Source: an uncultured Deinococcales bacterium (GTDB lineage Bacteria; Deinococcota; Deinococci; Deinococcales; JAAFIG01). From it: a DNA stretch of 20,913 bases. This document shows, piece after piece, positions 8,727 to 17,531 of the stretch. The stretch covers positions 1 through 20,913 of the forward strand of contig CAXTTL010000064.1 of the NCBI GenBank assembly GCA_964247135.1, written 5' to 3'. Numbering within the stretch: the stretch's first letter is position 1; every line of letters starts with the position of its first letter. Under the pieces are notes generated by a model. The model made no database searches, had not been told where the DNA came from, and was given only the letters and a program-made list of their open reading frames with translations. The position numbers and the translations under genes were made by a program.

Positions 8727-9299
8727 ATGACCACATCTGTATTAAAACCGCAAAGCCTGATTCCCGCCCTCTTCCCAGAACAAAGCCTGACTCGAGATAT
8801 TGCCCTGATTCTGGCTGGCAGTTTGTTGATTGCCGCGCTTGGGCAAGTCAGCATTGGTGCGCCCGTGCCGATGACCTTGCAAACCCTGGGCGTGCTGCTC
8901 GTTCCGCTGGCGTTTGGGTTCAGGCTTGGAACGCTGGCAGTTATCGCTTATCTTCTCGAGGGTGTGATTGGTTTGCCCGTGTTTGCTGGTTTCAAAAGCT
9001 TCTGGACGCCGAGCGCCTTTGGTCCAACTTCTGGTTATCTGCTGGGCTTTTTGTTTGCGGCGCTGGCGTTGGGTTGGTTTGCCGATAAGGGTTGGACGAA
9101 AAATATTTTCTTGATCGTTGCCGCCATGCTGATCGCCACGGTTTTGATTTACATTCCTGGCGTGTTGTGGCTAGCGAAATTCTTCCCAGGTCACGGCATC
9201 GAGTACGGTCTGACGCCGTTCTTGATCGGCGATGCGATCAAAGCCGCGATTGCCGCCGTGTTGCTGCCCAGCGTTTGGGCGTTTGTCAACCGCAAGTAA
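8727..9299 (+). CDS. bioY: Biotin ECF transporter substrate component BioY
   Basis: PVPMTLQT, G.IGLPVFAG, GPTSGYLLGF, PFLIGDAIK. ATG 8727 follows AAGGAAG; GTG 8694 is an alternative start. Confidence 0.95.
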   Translation: MTTSVLKPQSLIPALFPEQSLTRDIALILAGSLLIAALGQVSIGAPVPMTLQTLGVLLVPLAFGFRLGTLAVIAYLLEGVIGLPVFAGFKSFWTPSAFGPTSGYLLGFLFAALALGWFADKGWTKNIFLIVAAMLIATVLIYIPGVLWLAKFFPGHGIEYGLTPFLIGDAIKAAIAAVLLPSVWAFVNRK

Positions 9300-9313
9300 T
9301 CCTGATTTTATCG

Positions 9314-9345
9314 AGGCTCGAGGGTTCAGCTCTCGGGCTTTTTTT
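9314..9345 (+). terminator. Intrinsic terminator of birA-bioY
   Basis: GGCTCGAGGG-ttcag-CTCTCGGGCT followed by a T run. Confidence 0.75.
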
Positions 9346-9401
9346 GTTGCCTCTTTTCGTGTTCCATCCCAAGTCCATATCTCTTGGGTTAAACTGCATC
9401 C

Positions 9402-10310
9402 ATGAAACTAAGCATGATCGGTTTGGGTCGTATGGGTGGCAACATGACGCGTCGTCTGATGAAAGCGGGACATGCTGTGGTGGCGTTTGATCGCAACCCT
9501 GAAACGGTGCAGGCGTATGCGCTCGAGGGTGCAATCGCCGCCAGTTCACTCGAGGATGCCGTGGCTAAATCCCGAGCAGACGGTCAACCTGCGGTCATTT
9601 GGGTGATGGTTCCCAGCGGCAAACCGACGCTGGATACGGTGCTCGAGGCGGCAAAGCATTTGCAAAAGGGCGACATCATCATCGATGGCGGCAACAGTTT
9701 TTACAAGGATTCGATTCAAACAGGTTTACAACTCGAGGCGCTCGGCATTCATTACATCGATTGCGGCACTTCGGGCGGAATTTGGGGTCTCGAGAATGGT
9801 TACTGCCTGATGGTGGGCGGTTCAGATGAGTCGTGTAAGGTTTGCGAACCGATTTTCCTGGCGTTGGCACAGGAAGGTGGCTATTTGCACGCGGGTGTTT
9901 CAGGCGCGGGGCATTTCACCAAAATGGTTCACAACGGCATCGAGTACGGCATGATGCAAGCCATCGGTGAGGGTTTGGACATCATCGAGTCCAGCCCGTT
10001 CAAGGTCGATTTGCACGCTTTAACCAACCTTTGGAATCACGGTTCGGTGGTGCGCAGTTGGCTGATGGAACTCGCGGAACGCGCCTTTGCGTCTGAACCT
10101 CACCTCGAGAGCATCAAGGATTACGTCGAAGATTCCGGCGAGGGTCGTTGGACGATTCAAACGGCGATGGAATACAACGTACCGGCGCCAATTATTACGC
10201 TGTCGTTGCTCGAGCGTTTTCACTCGAGGGACGATGTTTCATTTAGTGCCAAGGTGGTGGCGGCGCTGCGCAATCAGTTCGGTGGTCATGCGGTGAAAAA
10301 AGAGGGTTAA
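9402..10310 (+). CDS. gnd: Decarboxylating 6-phosphogluconate dehydrogenase (short YqeC type)
   Basis: IGLGRMG, WVMVP.G, IDGGNS, GTSGG, GHFTKMVHNGIEYG, DSGEGRW, RNQFGGHAV. TAAACT lies 6 nt before the ATG. Confidence 0.95.
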   Translation: MKLSMIGLGRMGGNMTRRLMKAGHAVVAFDRNPETVQAYALEGAIAASSLEDAVAKSRADGQPAVIWVMVPSGKPTLDTVLEAAKHLQKGDIIIDGGNSFYKDSIQTGLQLEALGIHYIDCGTSGGIWGLENGYCLMVGGSDESCKVCEPIFLALAQEGGYLHAGVSGAGHFTKMVHNGIEYGMMQAIGEGLDIIESSPFKVDLHALTNLWNHGSVVRSWLMELAERAFASEPHLESIKDYVEDSGEGRWTIQTAMEYNVPAPIITLSLLERFHSRDDVSFSAKVVAALRNQFGGHAVKKEG

Positions 10311-10344
10311 GATCGCAGTTCACAGCATTTTTAGATTGTTCAAT

Positions 10345-10380
10345 GTTGCTCGAGAACTGATTTCTCGAGCAACTTATTGT
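10345..10380 (+). terminator. Intrinsic terminator of gnd
   Basis: GTTGCTCGAGAA-ctgat-TTCTCGAGCAAC (12-bp perfect stem) followed by a T-rich tail. Confidence 0.7.
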
Positions 10381-10505
10381 TTTGTTTAGTCTTGCCTGAA
10401 AAGTGCGTTGGGGTATTTCTATTTCTGCAAAGCCTGTGTTAACATGCCCTTCAGGCAAAAAGCCAAAGTTGAGTGCTCGTTTCGTTTGTCATGTCTGCTA
10501 CGGCA

Positions 10506-10519
10506 TGGAAGCGTTACCA
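10506..10519. promoter_or_regulatory. LacI/GalR-family operator candidate
   Basis: TGGAAGCGTTACCA pseudo-palindrome with central CG, upstream of the sugar ABC operon. Confidence 0.65.
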
Positions 10520-10558
10520 AATCACTTAAACTGTCCGCTTCTCGAGGAGGAGAAGGTT

Positions 10559-11797
10559 ATGAAAATGAGGAACACAGCAGTTGTCGCAGCACTCACGGTT
10601 GCATTGGGCTTGGGTATCGCCAGCACCCAGAGCACAGGCAAAATTTCGATCTGGACGGATTTCAAAGGTGGAGAACTCGCATGGTTCACCGCCGCCGCCA
10701 AAGCGTTCGAGGCAACCCCAGCCGCCAAGGGCGCAAAGCTCGAGTTAACAAGCGTGATCTTGGGCGAAACCCGTGACAAATTCATTCAAGCCGCTCCAAA
10801 GGGCGAAGGTCCAGATTTGATCGCCACCATCCCTCACGACCAAATTGGTGAATTCGTGACGGCGGGCGTGCTCGAGCCGATGACCAAATACTTGGACGCC
10901 AAGACCAAAGCCGACACCCAAGCCAGCGCGATTGACGCGTTCAACTACAAGGGCAAATTGTTCGGTTTGCCAATGTGGAGCGAAGCCGTTGCGGTGGTTT
11001 ACAACAAGAAGCTGATCAAAAGCATTCCAAGCAACTGGGATGCCTTTATCGCCGCCGCCCAAAAGCTGACCAACCCAGAAAAGCAAGAATTTGGTTTCCT
11101 GGCTCCAATCGGCATTCAGTACCACATGAACGGCATTTACCGTGCCTTTGGCGCTTATGTGTTCGGTAAGAACAAAGACGGCAGCCTGAACCCACAAGAC
11201 ATCGGTCTTGCCAACGAGGGCGCTGTCAAAGCCGCCCAGACCATCAACGACTTGCGTTTCAAGTACAAGTTGATCCCAGAAGGCACCGAAAATCCTGATC
11301 TCGAGAAGGACTTGTTCACCAAAGGCAAAGTTGCCATGTGGTTGACCGGACCTTGGGACATGAGCGCCGTCAAGGACGCCAAGATCGATTACGGCATTGG
11401 CTTGTTGCCCAAACCAACCGGTGCGCCAAACAAGTGGTCACCGTTCATTGGTGTGCGCGGTTTGGTCATGAACGCGTATTCCAAGAACAAAGATGTGGCT
11501 GCGGCATTCGCGCAGTACCTGATCTCGAAGGAAAGCCAAATCAGCCTCAACCAAGAAGGTGGACGCTTGCCCATCTCCAAGAGCGCCCTGATTCAACTCA
11601 AAGGCGACCCAACCGTCAAAGGCTTCGGCGCCGCATCGGCTGCCGGTATCGCCATGCCAAACATTGCCGAAATGGGCAGCGTTTGGGGTCCTTGGGGCGA
11701 TGCGCTGAACCTTTCGATCAAAACCGCCAACCCTGACTTTGCCGACCTGCACAAAAAGGCTGTGGCAGCCATTTTGGGCGCGATCAACAAGAAGTAA
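10559..11797 (+). CDS. malE: Maltose/maltodextrin ABC transporter substrate-binding protein
   Basis: Signal peptide, GEGPDL..PHDQIG, YNKKL, TGPW, PFIGV, MPNIAEMGSVW. ATG 10559 follows GAGGAGG. Confidence 0.88.
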   Translation: MKMRNTAVVAALTVALGLGIASTQSTGKISIWTDFKGGELAWFTAAAKAFEATPAAKGAKLELTSVILGETRDKFIQAAPKGEGPDLIATIPHDQIGEFVTAGVLEPMTKYLDAKTKADTQASAIDAFNYKGKLFGLPMWSEAVAVVYNKKLIKSIPSNWDAFIAAAQKLTNPEKQEFGFLAPIGIQYHMNGIYRAFGAYVFGKNKDGSLNPQDIGLANEGAVKAAQTINDLRFKYKLIPEGTENPDLEKDLFTKGKVAMWLTGPWDMSAVKDAKIDYGIGLLPKPTGAPNKWSPFIGVRGLVMNAYSKNKDVAAAFAQYLISKESQISLNQEGGRLPISKSALIQLKGDPTVKGFGAASAAGIAMPNIAEMGSVWGPWGDALNLSIKTANPDFADLHKKAVAAILGAINKK

Positions 11798-11815
11798 CTC
11801 GAGCTTCTCGAGCAC

Positions 11816-11845
11816 GCGCCCCGTCCCATTTCTGGGGTGGGGCGC
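11816..11845 (+). terminator. Intercistronic stem-loop after malE (mRNA stabiliser or partial terminator)
   Basis: GCGCCCCGTCCCA-tttc-TGGGGTGGGGCGC. Confidence 0.6.
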
Positions 11846-11965
11846 ATTTGTTTATCAGAAGGTTTTATTTTGACCAAGATTTTTATGCTATTGCACCACA
11901 AATTGATCGCCAAGACCTGAATAAACTCGAGAAATCAAGAAATTCCAAATTAAAGGGGTGAGTGT

Positions 11966-13408
11966 ATGGCAAGCGTAGTGCGAACACGAACACGAGAGAA
12001 AGTCGCCAACGGAGGTTTTTTTGGGCTGGGTTCGACCACACCGCCCGAAGGCGCTGCGGGGGCAGCCCTGGCAATCGCTTTGGTGCTCGGCATTTGTTTT
12101 CTGGCGCTGGCGCTGGGCTTGTTGCTCGCCAATGGTTTGAACGCCCTGGCGGACGCCCAACATTGGGACGAACCCAAACGGTATTGGTTGCTGGCATTTA
12201 CCGTGCTTGCCATGATTCCAATTTTGCTGGTGGCGGTCAGGATCATGCCCTGGTTGTCCAATTGGTATTATTTGCTGCCAGCCATCGTGTGTTTGCTGGC
12301 GTTTACGATTTACCCAATTGTGCTGACCTTTTACTTTGCATTCACCAATTACAGCGCCATCAACAGCGGCGAACCCGACTCGAGCGCCCAGATTGAAGTC
12401 AAAATTCTTAACCCCACCACGCTATCGGTGCTGAGTGGTGCGGTTGCCGCCACCGATTTGCGCTGCGAAACACCAGATTGTGCCGGTCGAAGGGTGGCAT
12501 TTCTCGATGACCGTGGCAGCACCATCAAAAAAGTCTTGACCAACATTGCCAACGTCGATGGCAGTACCATCACCTTAAGCTCCGCCCTGCCCGAAGGCTT
12601 GACCGCCACGCGCCTCAGCCGCGTGAACGACATCAAGCTGGTGGGTTTTGGTAATTTCTCGAGAATCTTTGCCCAAGCCAGCCAACAGTTGCTGCCGATT
12701 TTTATCTGGACGGTTGAATTTGCGGTTTTCACCACCATCATCAACGTGGTTTTTGGGGTGCTGCTGGGAATTTTGATCAACAACCGCCGTCTTAAATTTC
12801 GCAATGTTTACCGCTCCTTGTTGTTTTTACCCTGGGCTGTGCCTGCGGTCATCAGCATTCAAATGTGGACCAAATTGCTCGACGCCAACTTTGGGGCGCT
12901 GAACAGGTTGTTTGGCTTTGTCGGTTTAAACCCTGCACCCTGGCTGATCGACGGACTTTGGGCAAAAGCCGCGATTTTGCTGGTGAATTTGTGGCTCGGC
13001 TTTCCGTACATGATGACCGCCACCGTCGGCGCGTTGTCCTCCATTCCAGACGAATTGTACGAGGCTGCCGAAATTGACGGCGCAAACCGTTGGAATCAAA
13101 CCCGTTTTATCACCCTGCCGATGTTAACCGCTGCTTTTACCCCAATTATTCTGGGAACATTCGCCTATAACTTCAATAACTTCGGCATTATTTACCTGCT
13201 TACGGGTGGCAAACCCATCGAAACTGGACAACTGCCGACCGCACACAGCACGGATATTCTGCTTTCCTGGGGCTACAACACTGCCTTTTTGAACGGCATC
13301 GACCGTGGCATGGCGAGCGCCATTGCGGTACTGGTCGCGTTTTTGACCATCGGCATCAGCATGGTCAACTTCAGTGTCGCCGGTGTCTTTAAGGAGGCAA
13401 GGAAATGA
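11966..13408 (+). CDS. malF: Maltose/maltodextrin ABC transporter permease MalF-type
   Basis: AFTNYS, large periplasmic loop, LPWAVP, VNLWLGFPYMM, YEAAEIDGA EAA loop, NFNNF. Confidence 0.88.
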   Translation: MASVVRTRTREKVANGGFFGLGSTTPPEGAAGAALAIALVLGICFLALALGLLLANGLNALADAQHWDEPKRYWLLAFTVLAMIPILLVAVRIMPWLSNWYYLLPAIVCLLAFTIYPIVLTFYFAFTNYSAINSGEPDSSAQIEVKILNPTTLSVLSGAVAATDLRCETPDCAGRRVAFLDDRGSTIKKVLTNIANVDGSTITLSSALPEGLTATRLSRVNDIKLVGFGNFSRIFAQASQQLLPIFIWTVEFAVFTTIINVVFGVLLGILINNRRLKFRNVYRSLLFLPWAVPAVISIQMWTKLLDANFGALNRLFGFVGLNPAPWLIDGLWAKAAILLVNLWLGFPYMMTATVGALSSIPDELYEAAEIDGANRWNQTRFITLPMLTAAFTPIILGTFAYNFNNFGIIYLLTGGKPIETGQLPTAHSTDILLSWGYNTAFLNGIDRGMASAIAVLVAFLTIGISMVNFSVAGVFKEARK

Positions 13409-14778
13409 CTTCAGGTTCTGGCAATTCGGGTTCTGGACAAGTCTCAAGCTCGAGCTTTTCGTGGCAGAGTATTGTGGGTTGGGTTTTGGGGGCGGCATTG
13501 CTGGCGTTTACCGTCATCACCGTTCGGGATTTAGCCTCGAGGGTGCTGCCGCGTTCGTTTGCGGTGATGTACCCCGAAAACGGTGGGCGCAACGTGCTGC
13601 TGGGCTTGCTGGGCGCGGTGGCACTGATTTTTTTCACCTCTTATATCGGTAAGCTTTGGGGCGAGCGCACGCGTCAGGGTCGTAAAATCAATTACTGGGC
13701 GATCATGACCGATCAGTTGACGCATTTGTTCTTCTGGATTTTTATTCTGGTTGCCTTGTACCCCATTATTTTTGTGGTCAGCGCCTCGTTCGACCCGCGC
13801 AACACCCTGACCGACGCCAGCCTTGGCGACACCGGACCGCTGATCGTGCAAGCCAAAGTCTTACCGAGTCTCGAGGGCAAGGATTTTAGCAATTACGAAT
13901 CGCTCTTTAAAGGCGTGGTGATTGCCCCCTGGCAAATTCTGGGGCTAGCGGTTTTTGTGCTGGGTATTTTGGGCATCGCGGCGCTGTGGTTTGCGGTGCA
14001 AGCCAACGGTGGCAAAACCAACGCTGGCATCAATCAAAACCGAACTCGAGCCTACTGGGCAATAGCGCTGGGTTTGCTGGTGTTTTTCGGCACGCTCGGA
14101 CCCTCGCAATTTACGGGCGACGGCAGCCTCGAGGCAAAGTTTTTGCTGTGGTTGCGCAACACCTTTATCATCTCGACCATCACTGGGGTCTTGACCGTGA
14201 TGCTGACCACCACGGTGGGTTATGCGATGGCGCGGCTTCGTTTCCCAGGGCGTTTTCAGGTCTTGCTGTTCTTTATTTTCGTCCAGATGTTTCCCGTGTT
14301 TTTGGCAGCCGTGGCGATTTATGACCTGATGTACCGCCTGGGCTTGCTGGGCAGTTTTGCGGGTTTGATTCTGGCGTACTCTGGTGGGTCTATCGCTTAC
14401 GGCACCTGGATTTACAAGGGTTACGTCGAAAGCCTGCCCCCAAGCCTCGAGGAGGCGGCGCTGGTGGACGGCTGCACCCGTTGGACGGCGTTTACCAAGG
14501 TCGTGCTGCCGCTTTCGGGTCCGATGCTGGTGTTTATTTTCTTGCAGCAATTTATTGGCACGTATGCCGAATTTTTCTTGGCGAATATTCTGCTTGCCGC
14601 TGGCGTGGACAACTGGAACATCGGTTTAGGACTTCGTAGCTTCGCACAGCAATTTACCGCCGAGTACGGCAAGTTCAGCGCGGCTGCGGTGCTCGGTGCG
14701 TTGCCGATTGTTGCCTTGTTTTACGGCTTTCAACAATTCTTTGTTTCTGGCGCACTTTCGGGCGGCGTCAAAGAATAA
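13405..14778 (+). CDS. malG: Maltose/maltodextrin ABC transporter permease MalG-type
   Basis: YAMARLRFPGR, QMFP, SLEEAALVDG EAA loop, C-terminal GGVKE; ATGA overlap with malF. Confidence 0.88.
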   Translation: MTSGSGNSGSGQVSSSSFSWQSIVGWVLGAALLAFTVITVRDLASRVLPRSFAVMYPENGGRNVLLGLLGAVALIFFTSYIGKLWGERTRQGRKINYWAIMTDQLTHLFFWIFILVALYPIIFVVSASFDPRNTLTDASLGDTGPLIVQAKVLPSLEGKDFSNYESLFKGVVIAPWQILGLAVFVLGILGIAALWFAVQANGGKTNAGINQNRTRAYWAIALGLLVFFGTLGPSQFTGDGSLEAKFLLWLRNTFIISTITGVLTVMLTTTVGYAMARLRFPGRFQVLLFFIFVQMFPVFLAAVAIYDLMYRLGLLGSFAGLILAYSGGSIAYGTWIYKGYVESLPPSLEEAALVDGCTRWTAFTKVVLPLSGPMLVFIFLQQFIGTYAEFFLANILLAAGVDNWNIGLGLRSFAQQFTAEYGKFSAAAVLGALPIVALFYGFQQFFVSGALSGGVKE

Positions 14779-14799
14779 AGTGGTTAAAAATAAATGGAT

Positions 14800-14829
14800 A
14801 TCCGCTCGAGATTCTCGAGCGGATTTTTA
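14800..14829 (+). terminator. Intrinsic terminator of the mal operon
   Basis: ATCCGCTCGAG-att-CTCGAGCGGAT followed by a T run. Confidence 0.75.
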
Positions 14830-14889
14830 TGCGGATGAACTGAAGGACAACAATACAATTAATATCAATCGTAATTTTGAGAAGCGACT

Positions 14890-15159
14890 TTAGCGTCCGG
14901 CACGGATTGTTTGCTTTGAATTCTGTGGGGTATCCACGCCCGCTTCGGTGACTTCCGACTCCTCGAGCAGAAGTTCGGCGCTGCGCTCCTCAGGATTTTC
15001 AGCCCTGTGTTTGACTTTGGCTGCCGCCCGCTCGACCTCGGCAATTTTTGCTGGGTGAGCCAAATCGCTGGGACTTTTTTGATCTGGGCGCTGATTGTCA
15101 AGCGGTTGTTTTGACTGTTGAGCAACCTTGGACCGCTTTGAGGCAGTGGAGCTGGGCAT
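14890..15159 (-). CDS. Small hydrophilic hypothetical protein
   Basis: 89-aa ORF with GAGGA RBS; charged/polar composition with no Trp, Phe, Tyr or Cys. Confidence 0.65.
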   Translation of the reverse strand: MPSSTASKRSKVAQQSKQPLDNQRPDQKSPSDLAHPAKIAEVERAAAKVKHRAENPEERSAELLLEESEVTEAGVDTPQNSKQTIRAGR

Positions 15160-15219
15160 AAATGAATTCCTCTCTGGCGATCAGCAAGATAAAGCTCAAC
15201 ATTGGAACGCCTTAACCTG

Positions 15220-15329
15220 ATATTGACAGGATTGATTGATCTTGAGTTGAATCTGAACTGAAATTGTCTTGAGTCTTCAGCTTTCTTTCAGTGATGCCTC
15301 AGGGTGGCGTCAGTTCTGCGCTTCAGACT
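15220..15329. promoter_or_regulatory. Divergent promoter pair with 11-bp-phased TCA(A/G) arrays
   Basis: YTGA at 15236, 15247, 15258, 15269 (minus-strand TCAR) and TCAG at 15277, 15288, 15299, 15310. Each array ends 10 nt before a CAnnnT hexamer. Confidence 0.6.
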
Positions 15330-15390
15330 GAGCCAGGAGTCACTGAACGCAGGTGCAATCGTTGACCAAAATCGAGCCACAAATGGCGAT

Positions 15391-15438
15391 GTTTGATCAA
15401 CGTTCGTGTTCCTGGTTTGATCAAGGTTCATGTTCCTG
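15391..15438. repeat. 2 x 24-bp tandem repeat
   Basis: GTTTGATCAACGTTCGTGTTCCTG / GTTTGATCAAGGTTCATGTTCCTG (2 mismatches). Confidence 0.85.
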
Positions 15439-15523
15439 TCCAAATCCAGCGACAGCAAAATTGATCGATTGTGATATTCCCTAAGAGCACAATCTTGGCG
15501 TGTACACCGCTTGAGGAGCCGAT

Positions 15524-16876
15524 ATGATCAAAGAACACGAATTGATTGGAAAACCCGTGGTGCTTTACGACGGTCAAAAACTTGCCCCAGTGGTTGGTGT
15601 GCTGTTAAACCCAGACGGATCGGAGTTGATGGCGTTGACGCTGGAAGGTGAAAAAGACAATCCTCGAGCGATTGCCCTCACAGGCATTGACCTTGGAAAT
15701 GACGCGATTGTTCTCGGTCAAGACACCAAAATTGTGGCAATCAGTTCTTGGTCGCAGGCACAATCCGCGATGTCAAGCGGACCCTACCGTGGACGAGAGG
15801 TGCTGAGCACCGTCGGAGAGCATTTGGGAACCCTGAATGGGCTTTGCTTCGACGAAAAAACCGGTGCGCTGGTCGGCATTGAGATTTCCAAAGGACCGCT
15901 GGCAGATTTGCGCGGACGCACCTACATTCCAAACCCAGGCATCAGGATTGGTGAAAAAGTGCTGGTCGAACCCGAGGCACTCGCGGCAAGTCAAAATATC
16001 TCGAGCGCCCTGAATCAAGTGGTCTCAAACCTTGGTGTGGTGGTTGCTGAGGCGGGGAATTCGTTGAAAACGGTGGCGCTCGAGGCGTCCAATGTGGTTG
16101 GTGGCGCGGGCAGCAGCGCGATTGGCTTGGCACGAAATAAATTCGAAACCAATCAGATGCGTTACATCGTTGGGCGTACCGTACCTCAAGACTTTAAAGT
16201 CGATGACAACTTGAGCATCGTTGCGGGTGAAACCATCACTGAAGCCCAAGCCGCGCGAGCCGCCGAACACGGCACGTTACTGGGGCTATTTTTAGCCACT
16301 GGGGGTTCGAGCATCCGTGAGGGTTGGAAACGGGCGAAGGATTTGGCATCGCAAACTTTTGAACGCCTGCGCGGCGGGGCTGAAGTCACTGAAAACTCGG
16401 ACTTGAACGGACTCGAGGTGACGCTGGGGTTTACGGTCAGTCGAGCTGTGGGGGATGCGAATTCGCCGATCATTCGGGAAGGTGAGACGGTTAATCAAGA
16501 CACCATTCGAATGGCAGCCTTTGATCGCTACGGTGCGGATTTGATCAATGCCGTGTTTGGCGAAATGAATGCGGCGCCATCGTTTGATGAACTGAATCAA
16601 CCCAAAGATGATCCCTCCATTTTGGCTTTGGACGACGACGGCAATCCAAACGTTCAGGCTGAAGAAGAATCCGTGATTCGTTCTTCTGTGGGTAAAACCG
16701 TGAACCAACCCGTGTTCAGTTACGACGGACAAACCATTATTACGCCCGATCAGCCCGTCGGCGGCGAACTGCTCGAGCAAGCCCGCGACAAAGGTGTCGT
16801 AACCGAATTGAGTGCTGCGTTGGATGCAGATCAAACCATTCGCCCGAGCAATCCCAATCGGTCTGAGGACGCTTGA
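15524..16876 (+). CDS. PRC-barrel domain-containing protein with C-terminal repeats
   Basis: Two PRC-like units (ELIGKPVVLYDGQKL; GREVLSTVGEHLGTLNGLCFDEKTG) and a GAGGAG RBS. Confidence 0.8.
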   Translation: MIKEHELIGKPVVLYDGQKLAPVVGVLLNPDGSELMALTLEGEKDNPRAIALTGIDLGNDAIVLGQDTKIVAISSWSQAQSAMSSGPYRGREVLSTVGEHLGTLNGLCFDEKTGALVGIEISKGPLADLRGRTYIPNPGIRIGEKVLVEPEALAASQNISSALNQVVSNLGVVVAEAGNSLKTVALEASNVVGGAGSSAIGLARNKFETNQMRYIVGRTVPQDFKVDDNLSIVAGETITEAQAARAAEHGTLLGLFLATGGSSIREGWKRAKDLASQTFERLRGGAEVTENSDLNGLEVTLGFTVSRAVGDANSPIIREGETVNQDTIRMAAFDRYGADLINAVFGEMNAAPSFDELNQPKDDPSILALDDDGNPNVQAEEESVIRSSVGKTVNQPVFSYDGQTIITPDQPVGGELLEQARDKGVVTELSAALDADQTIRPSNPNRSEDA

Positions 16877-16937
16877 AAACGAATTGTTACTGATCAAATA
16901 CAAATGAATTGTCACCAATCAAGCTACAGAGGATTTT

Positions 16938-17456
16938 ATGCACGCCAAAATACCGATGCCCACCACCGTACTCGCCGAAATTCGTGCCGCCAAATGTCGC
17001 ACCATCGCAAGCTACACAAGTTTCGCAGAAGCCCAAAACGCTCTGGATTACCTGATTGACCACGGTTTTCACGAACAATCTTTGGCAATCGTTTTAAAAG
17101 AGGTAAGCCACTTTGAACCGATACCTCAGGAGTCCAACTGGGTCTTCTCGAGCGGGCAAACCGCCCTGAATGGCGCTGTGGTTGGATTGGGCATTTCGTT
17201 TCTGGCATTGATGATTTCGATGTTGACACCGGCTTATCAAGCCTCGGTCGACCTCGCCTTTTCTGGGGTGGCGTATGGGGCGCTCACCGGTGGCGTCATT
17301 GGCGTATTGACCTGGGTCTTTGCCCAAAAAACGGCTGCCAAAAACGCCGCGAATGCGTTAAGGGCAGCGCAATACAATGTCATCGCGCAAAGCACCGATG
17401 CCACTCGAGCACAAGAGGTTTTGTTTGGCTTGATACAACCCACCGCTCGAGCTTGA
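16938..17456 (+). CDS. General stress protein 17M (YflT)-like membrane protein
   Basis: IASYTSFAEAQNALDYLIDHGF..LAIV followed by two Gly-rich TM helices; GAGGA RBS. Confidence 0.7.
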   Translation: MHAKIPMPTTVLAEIRAAKCRTIASYTSFAEAQNALDYLIDHGFHEQSLAIVLKEVSHFEPIPQESNWVFSSGQTALNGAVVGLGISFLALMISMLTPAYQASVDLAFSGVAYGALTGGVIGVLTWVFAQKTAAKNAANALRAAQYNVIAQSTDATRAQEVLFGLIQPTARA

Positions 17457-17475
17457 AAGTTTGTTCTACAATGAG

Positions 17476-17509
17476 TTGAAGGCACCCTCTTTTTGGAGGG
17501 TGCCTTCAA
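17476..17509. terminator. Hairpin between convergent genes (probable bidirectional terminator)
   Basis: TTGAAGGCACCCTC-tttttg-GAGGGTGCCTTCAA, 14-bp perfect stem. Confidence 0.75.
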
Positions 17510-17531
17510 GCTTTGGTGCCCGAAGAAAATA

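Noticed and set aside
10403-10558. N-terminal extensions in the ORF track for malE (also EF-G2, FemABX, permease, lipoprotein, SDR)
   Set aside because: Better-supported downstream starts with SD or -10 signals; the extensions cover promoter DNA.
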